Below, piece after piece: positions 49,957-59,123 of a stretch of DNA of 64,000 bases. A model generated the notes under the pieces. That model saw only the letters and a list, made by a program, of their open reading frames with translations. It ran no database searches and was not told where the DNA came from. Position 1 is the stretch's first letter. Each line of letters starts with the position of its first letter. This DNA is from an uncultured delta proteobacterium. Its GTDB lineage: Bacteria; Desulfobacterota; Desulfobacteria; Desulfobacterales; Desulfosalsimonadaceae. The DNA lies in contig CAWGYD010000006.1 in NCBI GenBank assembly GCA_963826785.1, positions 64,001 to 128,000 on the forward strand, read 5' to 3'. The translations under genes and the position numbers were made by a program.

Positions 49957-50021
49957 GGGTCATCCTTTTTTTCGTGCCTGTGTACAAATCGGGTTTTTCA
50001 CAGACACGGATAGTTCATGTC

Positions 50022-51905
50022 TCAGTTCACGCGCAACAGGAACGGCGGCATGGGAAGGTCCAGGCGGTAGGCGATCGCGCGCAGCAGTTCCGCTTCTTCA
50101 AGGGAGACGATCCTGTCATACAATACACAGTGAGCGCAAGCATTAAAGATCATTTCCCGGACGGCCGGCGTGGAAGCGCCAAACCGGGAAAGGGCGCGCC
50201 CCAGTTCGGTAAAGTCCGCCTCCGGCATGGCTTGGGGGAAAAGCCCGTCTCTGACCGCGGACAGGGTCTGAATGCCGGCATGGTAGGCTTTCTTGACGGT
50301 GTCCGGGTCCGCATGCCCGGCCCGGGCCAGGCGGGAAACGAGGCGGGCCGCATCGTCGGCCAGGTATTCGATGCTTTTGTACACCCGCTTTTTCACCTTC
50401 GGGTAAAAAGCGGAATCCAGGCGATGGGTGATGATCTGCAGCAGGCAGTATTCAAACAGGCTCATCTGCCCGTCGGACTCGGCCAGCACCGAGAGCCTTT
50501 TTTTAAATTCCATATACTGCGCTTCCGACAGGTTTCTCAGGGAAGGCAGGGCCAGGTCCAGCAGGGGAAGCTTCAGGCGGGGGTCGAGCCCGGCCAGCGC
50601 GGACCGGCTTTTACGGGTCCGGGCAACCATTGCTTCCGGAGCCGAGCGCGTAAAATGTTCCAGCTGGGTCTTTCGCGCTGAGGGATCATCATCGAGCAGC
50701 ATGGCGTAAACCACGCATGACGCCCCCAGCGGCTGGTTCAGTTCGTCTTTGACTGGATCGGGGATGTGGCTCAGCAACTGTTTCATGTAGGCCAGATGCT
50801 CTCCGGACACGGTCCCCACCTGGTCCACCGCCGAATCCGCCTCAATCGACGCCTGCCCGCCCGGACCGGCCAGGGCCATGACGGCGGCGGCATCCAGGTC
50901 CAGTGCACCGCTGACCGGCGTCAGGGCGGAAAAATCGCCGGCAAATCCCGGCTCCAGGTACCGGATGCGGGCAGCCAGGGGGGGATGGGTGGAAAACAGG
51001 GAGGAGACCGCGGTGGAAAAAAACATGTGGCTGGCTTCGGCGGCCAGAGGTGCTTTTATCCTGGAGCCGCCGGAAAAACCGCCGATTTTCTTCAATGCAT
51101 TGGCCAGACCCGCCGGATTGCGGGTGAACTGGACCGCCGAGGCATCCCCCAGGTATTCCCGTTGCCGGGAGACCGCGCACTGGATCATTTTCGCAAAAAA
51201 CACGCCCAAATAACCGATGACCACCAGGGCCAGACCCATCCCGATCACCGGGGCCGCCCCCTTCCGGGATCGGGGCCCGGACCGCAGCATGATCCGGCCC
51301 ACCGTGGCAAGCACCATGATCCCGCTGAGCAGTCCGATCAGGCGAATGTTGAGCCGCATGTCGCCGTTTAGAATATGGCTGAATTCATGGCCCACCACCC
51401 CCTGGAGTTCATCCCGGGACAGCCTTTCCAGACAGCCTCCGGTGACCGCCACCACCGCATCTTCCCGGTTGTATCCCGCTGCAAAGGCGTTGATCCCCGC
51501 CTCCTTGTCCAGCACGTAAACCATGGGAACGGATGTTCCCGAGGCGATGGCCATTTCCTCCACCACGTTGAGGAGCTGTTTTTCCTTGAAATCTTTGGTG
51601 GACCGGTCCACCAGCCGCCCGCCCAGGCTCTCTGCAATGTACGGTCCGCCCCGGCGCAGGGCCAGCACCTTGACTGCGCTTGCGCCGATGATAATGGACA
51701 GGGTGGCTGCGCTCACCCATGCAAAAATCTGCGGATCGATCCAGCCGCGGGTGCCGGCGGGCCCGCCGATGTAGTGCTGAAAGAAGAAATGGACCACGGC
51801 ATAGACCGACAGCACGATGCCGGTCACCGCCAGGATATAAAGGAAAATCAAATATGCGCTGTTTCGCCGGGACTGTTCCTGCCGGGCGAAGAAATTTGCA
51901 GCCAT
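50022..51905 (-). CDS. M48 (HtpX-like) zinc metallopeptidase with C-terminal extension
   Basis: NVVEEMAIASG, INAFAAG, HEFSH, SRQREYLGDA, THPPL; downstream of lemA. Confidence 0.92.
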   Translation of the reverse strand: MAANFFARQEQSRRNSAYLIFLYILAVTGIVLSVYAVVHFFFQHYIGGPAGTRGWIDPQIFAWVSAATLSIIIGASAVKVLALRRGGPYIAESLGGRLVDRSTKDFKEKQLLNVVEEMAIASGTSVPMVYVLDKEAGINAFAAGYNREDAVVAVTGGCLERLSRDELQGVVGHEFSHILNGDMRLNIRLIGLLSGIMVLATVGRIMLRSGPRSRKGAAPVIGMGLALVVIGYLGVFFAKMIQCAVSRQREYLGDASAVQFTRNPAGLANALKKIGGFSGGSRIKAPLAAEASHMFFSTAVSSLFSTHPPLAARIRYLEPGFAGDFSALTPVSGALDLDAAAVMALAGPGGQASIEADSAVDQVGTVSGEHLAYMKQLLSHIPDPVKDELNQPLGASCVVYAMLLDDDPSARKTQLEHFTRSAPEAMVARTRKSRSALAGLDPRLKLPLLDLALPSLRNLSEAQYMEFKKRLSVLAESDGQMSLFEYCLLQIITHRLDSAFYPKVKKRVYKSIEYLADDAARLVSRLARAGHADPDTVKKAYHAGIQTLSAVRDGLFPQAMPEADFTELGRALSRFGASTPAVREMIFNACAHCVLYDRIVSLEEAELLRAIAYRLDLPMPPFLLRVN

Positions 51906-51989
51906 GCCTCACCTTTGGGATCGTATTCAATCCGCCGATCGCCGGAAAAAAATCAGTTCCGGCACGGCAGGAAATGGCCAGAAATCCTA

Positions 51990-52014
51990 TAGGGGCGGGC
52001 CTTATGCCCGCCCG
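51990..52014. repeat. GTAG-type REP-like hairpin between lemA and the M48 gene
   Basis: TAGGGGCGGGC-CTTAT-GCCCGCCCG with a perfect 8-bp stem. Confidence 0.5.
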
Positions 52015-52033
52015 GGCGCTGAAAGTCGCCTTA

Positions 52034-52621
52034 TCAGAAGGAGACTTTCGGGGCTTTTTTCTCTTCTGCGGATTCGGTGGATTCCAGAAGCTGGGCCTCC
52101 TTGAAATTGAACATGGTCGAGACGATGGTGTTGGGGAATTTCTCCCGGGAGATGTTGTAGGACATGACCGCGTCATTGAACGCCTGGCGGGCGAACGCGA
52201 TGCGGTTTTCCGTGGAGGAAAGCTCTTCCTGGAGTTGGGAGACGTTCTGGTTGGCCTTGAGATCCGGGTAGGCCTCGGACAGGGCGAACAGCCGCCGCAG
52301 GGTGCCGCTCAAAACACCTTCGGCTTCGGACAGCTGCTTCATCCTGGCCGGGTCGCCCGGCTCCTGGGAGGCCTGCCGGGTGGCGTCCACGGCGGCGCTC
52401 CGGGCCTTTATCACCGCCTCCAGGGTGCCGCGCTCGTGCTTGATATACCCTTTGACGGTTTCCACCAGGTTGGGGATCAGGTCGTGGCGCCGTTTGAGCT
52501 GGACATCGATCTGGGAAAAAGCGTTTTTATACTGGTTCCGGTTCGTGACCAGGGAGTTGTAGATGGCAATCACGGCCGCCACCAGGGCGACGATCAACAC
52601 GAGAAGGACGATACCCGCCAA
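52034..52621 (-). CDS. lemA: LemA family protein
   Basis: YNSLV, SQIDVQLKRRHDLIPNLVETVKGY, EAYPDLKAN, TENRIAFARQAFND. Confidence 0.96.
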   Translation of the reverse strand: MAGIVLLVLIVALVAAVIAIYNSLVTNRNQYKNAFSQIDVQLKRRHDLIPNLVETVKGYIKHERGTLEAVIKARSAAVDATRQASQEPGDPARMKQLSEAEGVLSGTLRRLFALSEAYPDLKANQNVSQLQEELSSTENRIAFARQAFNDAVMSYNISREKFPNTIVSTMFNFKEAQLLESTESAEEKKAPKVSF

Positions 52622-52693
52622 TGTTCACCTCCTTTATGATGGACAAAAATTCAAGGAAACACAGGCATTCGTATCATCGAAACTGCGGGTTGA

Positions 52694-53368
52694 TCAATCT
52701 TTTTTCGGGTATCCCACCGTCTGGGCCAGGGTGATTTCCTGCCGGGGTCCGAGTTTCATGGCCTTTTCCAGGGCGTTTCGGTCCACGGACCCGCGCACCA
52801 CCGTGCCCAGCCCTTCGGATGCGGCAAACAGGTAGACGTTTTGGGCGATAAATCCGGTGTCTGCGGCCGCATAGAACTTTTTCTGATCTTCATCACCAGC
52901 CGATATTTTGGCAAGGTCGGCCACATAGACCAGGTTGACCGGGGCGTTTCCCACAAAATCCTGGGTGCCGGTTTTGGCGCGGATATCGGCTGACGAGATC
53001 TGCTTCAAGGCATTGGCCGCGGCATCATAGAGGAAAAGGCCGTCTTCTTTGGCCACGTAAATGCTGATTTCCTGCCAGTTGCGGGCCGATGGTGCCGTGC
53101 GCTTTCCCGAATCCTTGCGGTTGACGCCGAAAGCGGCCCAGAGCAGGTTGGACAGCACCTGGTCGGAGAGCTTCTGATCGGAAAAATCCCGCGTGGTGTG
53201 CCGCTTTTCGAGCGCTTCCATCAGGGGCATGCCGCCCTGGGTCTGAGGCGCGGGAAGTTGAATGGTTTCAACGGTTTGGTTTTCGGCGACGACCGAAGAG
53301 GGATACAGCAGGAAAACCCCCACGGCAATGACCGTCAGTATCAAAAAAATTCCGATTGCGATTTTCAT
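52694..53368 (-). CDS. Nitroreductase (SagB/ThcOx-like) with an N-terminal signal/TM segment
   Basis: RHTTRDF, LSNLLWAAFG, RTAPSARNWQE, DTGFIAQNVYL. Confidence 0.88.
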   Translation of the reverse strand: MKIAIGIFLILTVIAVGVFLLYPSSVVAENQTVETIQLPAPQTQGGMPLMEALEKRHTTRDFSDQKLSDQVLSNLLWAAFGVNRKDSGKRTAPSARNWQEISIYVAKEDGLFLYDAAANALKQISSADIRAKTGTQDFVGNAPVNLVYVADLAKISAGDEDQKKFYAAADTGFIAQNVYLFAASEGLGTVVRGSVDRNALEKAMKLGPRQEITLAQTVGYPKKD

Positions 53369-53540
53369 TTTTTTCCGCTCCCTTCATTCACACATTTTGA
53401 TAAACCAAGGTTTTTGATCCGCACCGCTTTGCGTCGGTTTCCTAAACGTAATCCGAAATGTGTTCAAAAACAAGTTCAACCCAAGCGTTATTCGCCTATC
53501 GTATCCTTGCTGCCTAGTTTCGATCAGTTGCTTTGCGGCG

Positions 53541-54275
53541 CTAAAAATCCCGATACACCGAAACGTAATAGGAGAAACGGTTGCCCGAGGTATGCGTCAG
53601 CCCCCTTCCCGCGGAGAATAAAAGCTGAAACCCGTTCATCAGGGGGACGGTGCCGCCGCTGTTGAAATTAAAGTTTCCTTTACCGTCCACCGTATCCGCC
53701 GTCTGATGAAAGATTTCACTGCCCACGGTGAGGCCTTCGGAAAATGCGTATTGCACCAGGATGCCGGAAAACCAGTAATCGCTGTTGCCGGCTCCGGTAT
53801 TGATCCAGTAACCTCCGCCGCCGTAAGCCGTCCATTGACCGAAATCCTGCTGCAGCCAGACGGGAAGGAAATACTGAGCCTTCCCGTTTCCGAGCCCCTT
53901 GTCCTGATCTCCCGTGGGAATTTCGACAAGCGGGAAAATCCCCATCATGGGAAGGCCATCCGATCCATGTATCAATTGATATTTCAACCCGAGTTCCGTG
54001 TCCCCGTACCCGAAATGGGATCCTTGATCATCCGGTGAATCATAGGCAAACGGTGCGATGATGTGAAACATCGTATTCGGCAGGATGCCGTAATTATATT
54101 CCACCGCCGGACCCACCCCGCTCACCCCCCCGGCTTCGTTGGTCCCGGCTGAAAAGAGATAAAACTCGCTGTGGAGGTAGCCGACCGGCACGGGATCATC
54201 GGTCACATAGGGCGGGCCGGCAAAGGCAGACGCGGCCGAAACCAGCCACAACAAGATGCAGGCGGATATCCTCAT
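53541..54275 (-). CDS. Putative outer-membrane beta-barrel protein
   Basis: Signal peptide, GPPYVTDDP start, GYGDTELGLKY, PTGDQDKGLGNG, amphipathic strands, terminal F. Confidence 0.7.
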   Translation of the reverse strand: MRISACILLWLVSAASAFAGPPYVTDDPVPVGYLHSEFYLFSAGTNEAGGVSGVGPAVEYNYGILPNTMFHIIAPFAYDSPDDQGSHFGYGDTELGLKYQLIHGSDGLPMMGIFPLVEIPTGDQDKGLGNGKAQYFLPVWLQQDFGQWTAYGGGGYWINTGAGNSDYWFSGILVQYAFSEGLTVGSEIFHQTADTVDGKGNFNFNSGGTVPLMNGFQLLFSAGRGLTHTSGNRFSYYVSVYRDF

Positions 54276-54463
54276 GATGGTTTCCTTTTTCAGCGATAAA
54301 AATACGCATCCGGAAAATATATTTCAAAAGGCATGGAAATATCCGCGGAAAGAGGGGTTATATCGGCAGGAATGGGGGGACATGCTATTGATAATGGAAT
54401 TAGGTGGCAATATTATTAAGCAATACGGATGGAAATTTTTTTACCGAATTTGGAGGAAGCAAC

Positions 54464-55132
54464 ATGAAAAAACTGGCCATTTACATGACAATCGTTTTCT
54501 TTGCGGCGGGGTTGTTGTTCAGCTGCACGTCCGGCACACCCAACAAAACAGCCACCGGCGCCGGTGTCGGTGCGGTGACCGGAGGCGTTGTCGGTGCAGT
54601 GATCGGGCACCAGTCCGGACACAAGACACAAGGGGCTGTTATCGGGGCGGTTGCCGGCGGAGCCATCGGTGCGATCATCGGCAATCGTATGGAAAAGCAG
54701 GCCAAAGAACTGGAACAGGTTCAGGGCATGCAAGATGTCTCATACGACCCGGAGCAAAAGAAAATCGATGCCACCATGGATGTCCTGTTTGATTTCGATT
54801 CGGCGGCCATCCGGCCGTCTGAAAAGCCCAAACTCGATGAACTGGCGAACGTCTTTGCCAAATATCCGGAAAATATCGTGGTCATCGGAGGGCACACCGA
54901 CAGCATCGGATCCGAGGCCTACAATCTCGAGCTCTCGGAGAAGCGGGCCCAGAGTGTGGCCGCGTATCTTCGATCAAAAAACATCAATATTTCAAGCCTG
55001 ACCGCAAAAGGCTATGGTGAAAGCCAGCCGGTGGCGACCAACGAAACCGCCGAAGGGCGGCAGAAGAACCGCCGCGTGGAAATTCAGATCACCGCCGATC
55101 CGAGCCGGGTACCGCAGAACACCAATAAGTAA
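54464..55132 (+). CDS. OmpA-family lipoprotein with glycine zipper (YiaD-like)
   Basis: GGAGG RBS, lipobox LFSC, Gly-zipper, LFDFDS, GHTD, LSEKRA, NRRVEI. Confidence 0.95.
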   Translation: MKKLAIYMTIVFFAAGLLFSCTSGTPNKTATGAGVGAVTGGVVGAVIGHQSGHKTQGAVIGAVAGGAIGAIIGNRMEKQAKELEQVQGMQDVSYDPEQKKIDATMDVLFDFDSAAIRPSEKPKLDELANVFAKYPENIVVIGGHTDSIGSEAYNLELSEKRAQSVAAYLRSKNINISSLTAKGYGESQPVATNETAEGRQKNRRVEIQITADPSRVPQNTNK

Positions 55133-55171
55133 CCAGAGGGATGCGGCATCAGGTCCAATCAAGGCAAAACT

Positions 55172-55363
55172 TCAGATGGGAACATCGTCGACTTTTTCGG
55201 CCACGGCATCGATGGAATCATGGGCGGAATTGCCCAGCACCGGCACGATGGAGACGACGGCTGCCCCCACCCGCATGGGGACGGTGACCAACTTGGTGAA
55301 CACGCAGCCGCCGACCGGGGCGAGCATGAGCAGAAGAATCAGAAATATGAGCCGCTTCTTCAC
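55172..55363 (-). CDS. Small lipoprotein (DUF6726-like)
   Basis: GTG start; VKKRLIFLILLLMLAPVGGC lipobox; TKLVTVPMRVGAAVVSIVPVLG. Confidence 0.65.
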   Translation of the reverse strand: MKKRLIFLILLLMLAPVGGCVFTKLVTVPMRVGAAVVSIVPVLGNSAHDSIDAVAEKVDDVPI

Positions 55364-55391
55364 TGAATGACGCCTTTCTTTAAATGGATCA

Positions 55392-56633
55392 TCAGGCACC
55401 CCGCCTGGCCGCTATGGTTTCCATCAGCGCTTCCAGCCGGGTAAAGGTAGATTCCTTGCTGTATTTTCGGACATCGGCATGATCCACCTCGATCATGACC
55501 GAAGGGATGTCAAACCGGGCGCTCATGATTTTCTGCTGGTCCAGCTGGGTCACGGAATAAGGCTTGCAGCTGCGGTTGCTGGCATACACGATACCGTCGA
55601 TGCCAAGGCGCTGCACTGCTTCGCCCATGGCCTTTGCCCTCAGCCGAAGGCCATGGGGGCAGACATAGGCGTTCTGGGTCCGGGCCAGGTGCTCCAGCGG
55701 GTCGCCCGCATAGGGATAGGGATTGAAACTTCCCTCCACCGTGCCGATGCAGGACGTGTAGGTGGCGCCGACGATGTTGGCCTTGAGCCGGGCCAGGGTG
55801 GAAGACATGTCCCGGAGCTGATGCCAGGGGGCGATATTGTCCCAGAACAGGCGGTATTTTTCGTCCGGTACCGGAAAATCGTCCGCCGTTACCCGCTGCT
55901 CGGTTTCTTCGGCCAGCAGCCGGTAATGTTGTGCGAACTGCTCGGTGCCCCGGGCGATGAGAAACGGCGCCATCTGCACAAAGGAATCAAAGGCGGTGAT
56001 CCCGGAAGGCCGGTGCTCGGCAAAACCTAAAAAACGCTTCCAGTGCTTGATCCCCTCATCGGTGTAAGCGACGGCCCGGGCCGCCCGATCGGCGTCGTAG
56101 GTCTGCCCGGAAAGGGTTTTAATGGTCGCGATCAGGTCTTTGAACTGGGCCTTGATGTATGCCCGGTCCTTTTCTTTCTGGGGCGAATAGGCAAAAGGGA
56201 CATCTATGATGAAATGGGGGATGCCCAGTTCCCGGTGATGCACATCGAACCACTTGACCAGAAGGGAGCAGTTGTTGTTGTCCGACACCAGCAGGTGGGG
56301 CCTGGGAAGCCCGAAGGTGGGGGAATCTTTGCCCCCGTCGGCAAAACACCCGATATCGATGCGCGCATAGGAGCACAGGTCCATGGAGTAGCCGATGCGC
56401 TCGGCCTTTTCACACTGGAGCGCGCCCACCCCCTTGCCCGCGTTCATGGCCGCATGGCTTTCGGGGACGGCATAGACCACGTTTTCAAAGCCGGCAAACA
56501 GCTCGGCCGGCACATTGATGGCGATCCACACCACGAAAGCCCCCTGGCCGGCCCGGGTATGCAGGTCCATATAGGTGTCCCTGATCAGGCCGGACAGATT
56601 TTTGCCGGCCTTCGTCTTTTGAAAGGATGCCAT
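55392..56633 (-). CDS. 2-hydroxyacyl-CoA dehydratase family subunit (HgdA/FldB/BcrB-like)
   Basis: PESHAA, DLCSYAR, NNNC..LVKW, SNRSCKP, EVDHAD, TRLEALME. Confidence 0.88.
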   Translation of the reverse strand: MASFQKTKAGKNLSGLIRDTYMDLHTRAGQGAFVVWIAINVPAELFAGFENVVYAVPESHAAMNAGKGVGALQCEKAERIGYSMDLCSYARIDIGCFADGGKDSPTFGLPRPHLLVSDNNNCSLLVKWFDVHHRELGIPHFIIDVPFAYSPQKEKDRAYIKAQFKDLIATIKTLSGQTYDADRAARAVAYTDEGIKHWKRFLGFAEHRPSGITAFDSFVQMAPFLIARGTEQFAQHYRLLAEETEQRVTADDFPVPDEKYRLFWDNIAPWHQLRDMSSTLARLKANIVGATYTSCIGTVEGSFNPYPYAGDPLEHLARTQNAYVCPHGLRLRAKAMGEAVQRLGIDGIVYASNRSCKPYSVTQLDQQKIMSARFDIPSVMIEVDHADVRKYSKESTFTRLEALMETIAARRGA

Positions 56634-56634
56634 A

Positions 56635-57762
56635 TCATCTCCGATTCAAAATTTCGCCAAAGGCCCGGATGCGGGCATCATGGGCGCCGGTATGCGCATC
56701 GTCGTCCATGGCGATCTCCAGCTGCAGTGTAAAAATCCCGTCTTCCTTCAATTTCTTTTCCAGAAAAGGAAATTCGAAATATTCGTATTCGCAGAATTTT
56801 TCTCCAATGAACACCACGCCCGCGGCCCCGCTTTCCCGCACCCGCCGGATCAGGGCATCTACCCGTTGGTCTGCGGCATACAGCAGGGTGGAACAGGGAT
56901 AATGACGGCGGTAGAAGTTGTCATAGTATTCGGCGGGATCGGGATCCGGCCCGGGAAGGTCCGCATGCGCGCGATGCAGAAAGGCGATGTCATTTCCCAC
57001 AACCCGCAGCCCGGCTGCATGGATGGAAGAGAGCACCGAAACCGGCGGCGGCAGGATGCCGCTGATGACCACCCCGGCATGTGGGCCCCCGTTTTCCGGT
57101 TGATGCCCGGATGCGCCGGAAATTAATGTCTCCAGCCGGTCTACCCGATCCTGCACCGGCGCAAATGCACCGCCAACCGCTGCATCCACCAGGTCGGTAA
57201 ACATCAGCGCCCCGGAAGCGGCCTGCTGCTGCGCCGTCTGGAAAAGGGCTCCCAGGCGCCGGTACAGATGGATTCCCTCCACGAACTTTTCCGGTGAAAA
57301 ACCGACCGCAAACCGGTCTTCCAATTCCCGGACCAGGCGATTGATTTCATTTTTCAGGTAATGCGATGCATCGGTCTGCTCCGGCGGGACCATGGGGACA
57401 TGAATGCGGAACAACGGCATGGACCGGCCCTTTTCTAAATGATGATTTTCAATGATCTCGGGCAGATTGCGCAGGGTATCGCAGGCATTGTACATGAACA
57501 GCCCGTCAAACCGGTCCCCGGCCTCCGAAAGGAGCAGTTCGGTCATGTGCCGGGCCACGGCGCATGAATAGTTCTGCAGGTGCCGATCGCTTGCGGGGGT
57601 CTCGCGGATATCGGCCCTTAGCCCCCACAGAACCACCGGGACCAGGTCCAGGGCGTAAAACAGCGCCAGGGGCGGATAGAGGGGAAAGCAGCCGATGATT
57701 TTGCCCCCGTTGCTTTTCAGATGGTCGAGCTTGTCGATGGGATTTAGCGGCATGGATTTCAA
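56635..57762 (-). CDS. 2-hydroxyacyl-CoA dehydratase family subunit (HgdB/FldC/BcrC-like)
   Basis: IGCFPLYPP, YSC, NACDTLRN, KFCEYEYFE, RIRAFGE. Confidence 0.88.
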   Translation of the reverse strand: MKSMPLNPIDKLDHLKSNGGKIIGCFPLYPPLALFYALDLVPVVLWGLRADIRETPASDRHLQNYSCAVARHMTELLLSEAGDRFDGLFMYNACDTLRNLPEIIENHHLEKGRSMPLFRIHVPMVPPEQTDASHYLKNEINRLVRELEDRFAVGFSPEKFVEGIHLYRRLGALFQTAQQQAASGALMFTDLVDAAVGGAFAPVQDRVDRLETLISGASGHQPENGGPHAGVVISGILPPPVSVLSSIHAAGLRVVGNDIAFLHRAHADLPGPDPDPAEYYDNFYRRHYPCSTLLYAADQRVDALIRRVRESGAAGVVFIGEKFCEYEYFEFPFLEKKLKEDGIFTLQLEIAMDDDAHTGAHDARIRAFGEILNRR

Positions 57763-58114
57763 CAGAATGATTTTATGATATTAAAATATGGTTCAAACAC
57801 TTATCACGGGATTCAAGTTCACATTGCCGGGCTTTCACCGGGCCGCCGTCCGCCGCAGCGCAAAAATCTATCATTTAAATCCGGAAAGCGTGTTGGTTTT
57901 GTATCATAGAAGGCCTTGATGCCGCAACATCCGAGTCGGCTTTCACGATAAATTCCGGTGGACGGCATCGTCCCTGATAAAATTTCATCTTATTGATTTT
58001 AAGACATTTTTGATTTAAAGGAGAAAATTGGCCCGGCCGAAACCCGCAACTCGTTGACACAACGTGTCATTGAAGATATGGTTATTTTTTTTTCTTCGGA
58101 CACAAGGAGTGGTC

Positions 58115-59113
58115 ATGTTCAGACAAGATCGTTGCGACCTCTGCGGGGACTGCCTGGTGAACTGCAGGTGGATTGAAGCCGGGCGGGACCAGGCGGCCGA
58201 ATGGATGAAAGCCATGATGGAGGGCCGGCCCACCCCGGTGCCGCAGCAGTGCATCACCTGCTATGCCTGCAATGAAACCTGCCCGCAGGACGCCAATCCC
58301 TTCGACCTGATCGCCGCCCTGCAGGAAAAAGCCGCCATCGTTTCCCACCAGCAGATTTCAGAGGCGGAAAACCGGCTGTCCTTTTCCGGCGAACTGCGGG
58401 ATCTTCCGGCCGCCGACCGGATCATGAGCATCTGCGTTTTCGGCAAGACCGACGGCCACCTGATCCAGGGCGAACTTTACGACCTGCCGAAAATCGGTGG
58501 AAAACCCTACTTCTGCTGGATCCTGTTCAGCCACATGGGCGCGGAAAGCATCCAGCACCGGCACGCCAGGGAATTTGTGGACCGGCTGACCGCCACCGGC
58601 GCAAAAGAGGTGGTCTGTTTTCACGACGACTGTTACGCCATGCTGGCCAAGATCGCCCCGGAATACGGCATCGAGGTCCCCTTTCGCCCCGTCCACCTGG
58701 CGGAATACCTGGTGGAATACCTCAAAGCCAATGCGGGGCGCCTCCGGCCTCTCGATCTTGCCCTGGCCTACCAGCGTCCCTGCGCCTCCCGGCATACGCC
58801 GGAGAAGGAGCATTTCATCGACGCGCTTTTTGAACTGTGCGGCTCCACCCGGGTGGCGCGCACCTACGACCGGGGAAACGCCATGTGCTGCGCCGGGGTG
58901 AAACTGCTGCTGGGCATGGGCGACCCAACCCCCGAGCAGGAAAAAAATATCGCCGATGCCAAGGCGGCGGGGGCCAAGGCCATGGTCTGCCTTTGCCCCA
59001 TGTGCATGCACTCCTTGCATCAAATGGCCGCCGATGCGGGGCTCCCCCTGATTTTCATCGGTGACCTGGCCCGGATGGCGCTTGGCGAAATTGATATGCC
59101 CCCTTCATTATAA
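58115..59113 (+). CDS. Fe-S-binding CCG-domain protein (HdrD/GlcF-related)
   Basis: AGGAG RBS; CDLCGDCLVNC and CITCYACNETCP; degenerate CCG1; CCG2 RPC..MCCAG..LCPMC. Confidence 0.85.
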   Translation: MFRQDRCDLCGDCLVNCRWIEAGRDQAAEWMKAMMEGRPTPVPQQCITCYACNETCPQDANPFDLIAALQEKAAIVSHQQISEAENRLSFSGELRDLPAADRIMSICVFGKTDGHLIQGELYDLPKIGGKPYFCWILFSHMGAESIQHRHAREFVDRLTATGAKEVVCFHDDCYAMLAKIAPEYGIEVPFRPVHLAEYLVEYLKANAGRLRPLDLALAYQRPCASRHTPEKEHFIDALFELCGSTRVARTYDRGNAMCCAGVKLLLGMGDPTPEQEKNIADAKAAGAKAMVCLCPMCMHSLHQMAADAGLPLIFIGDLARMALGEIDMPPSL

Positions 59114-59123
59114 GGAGAGTGAA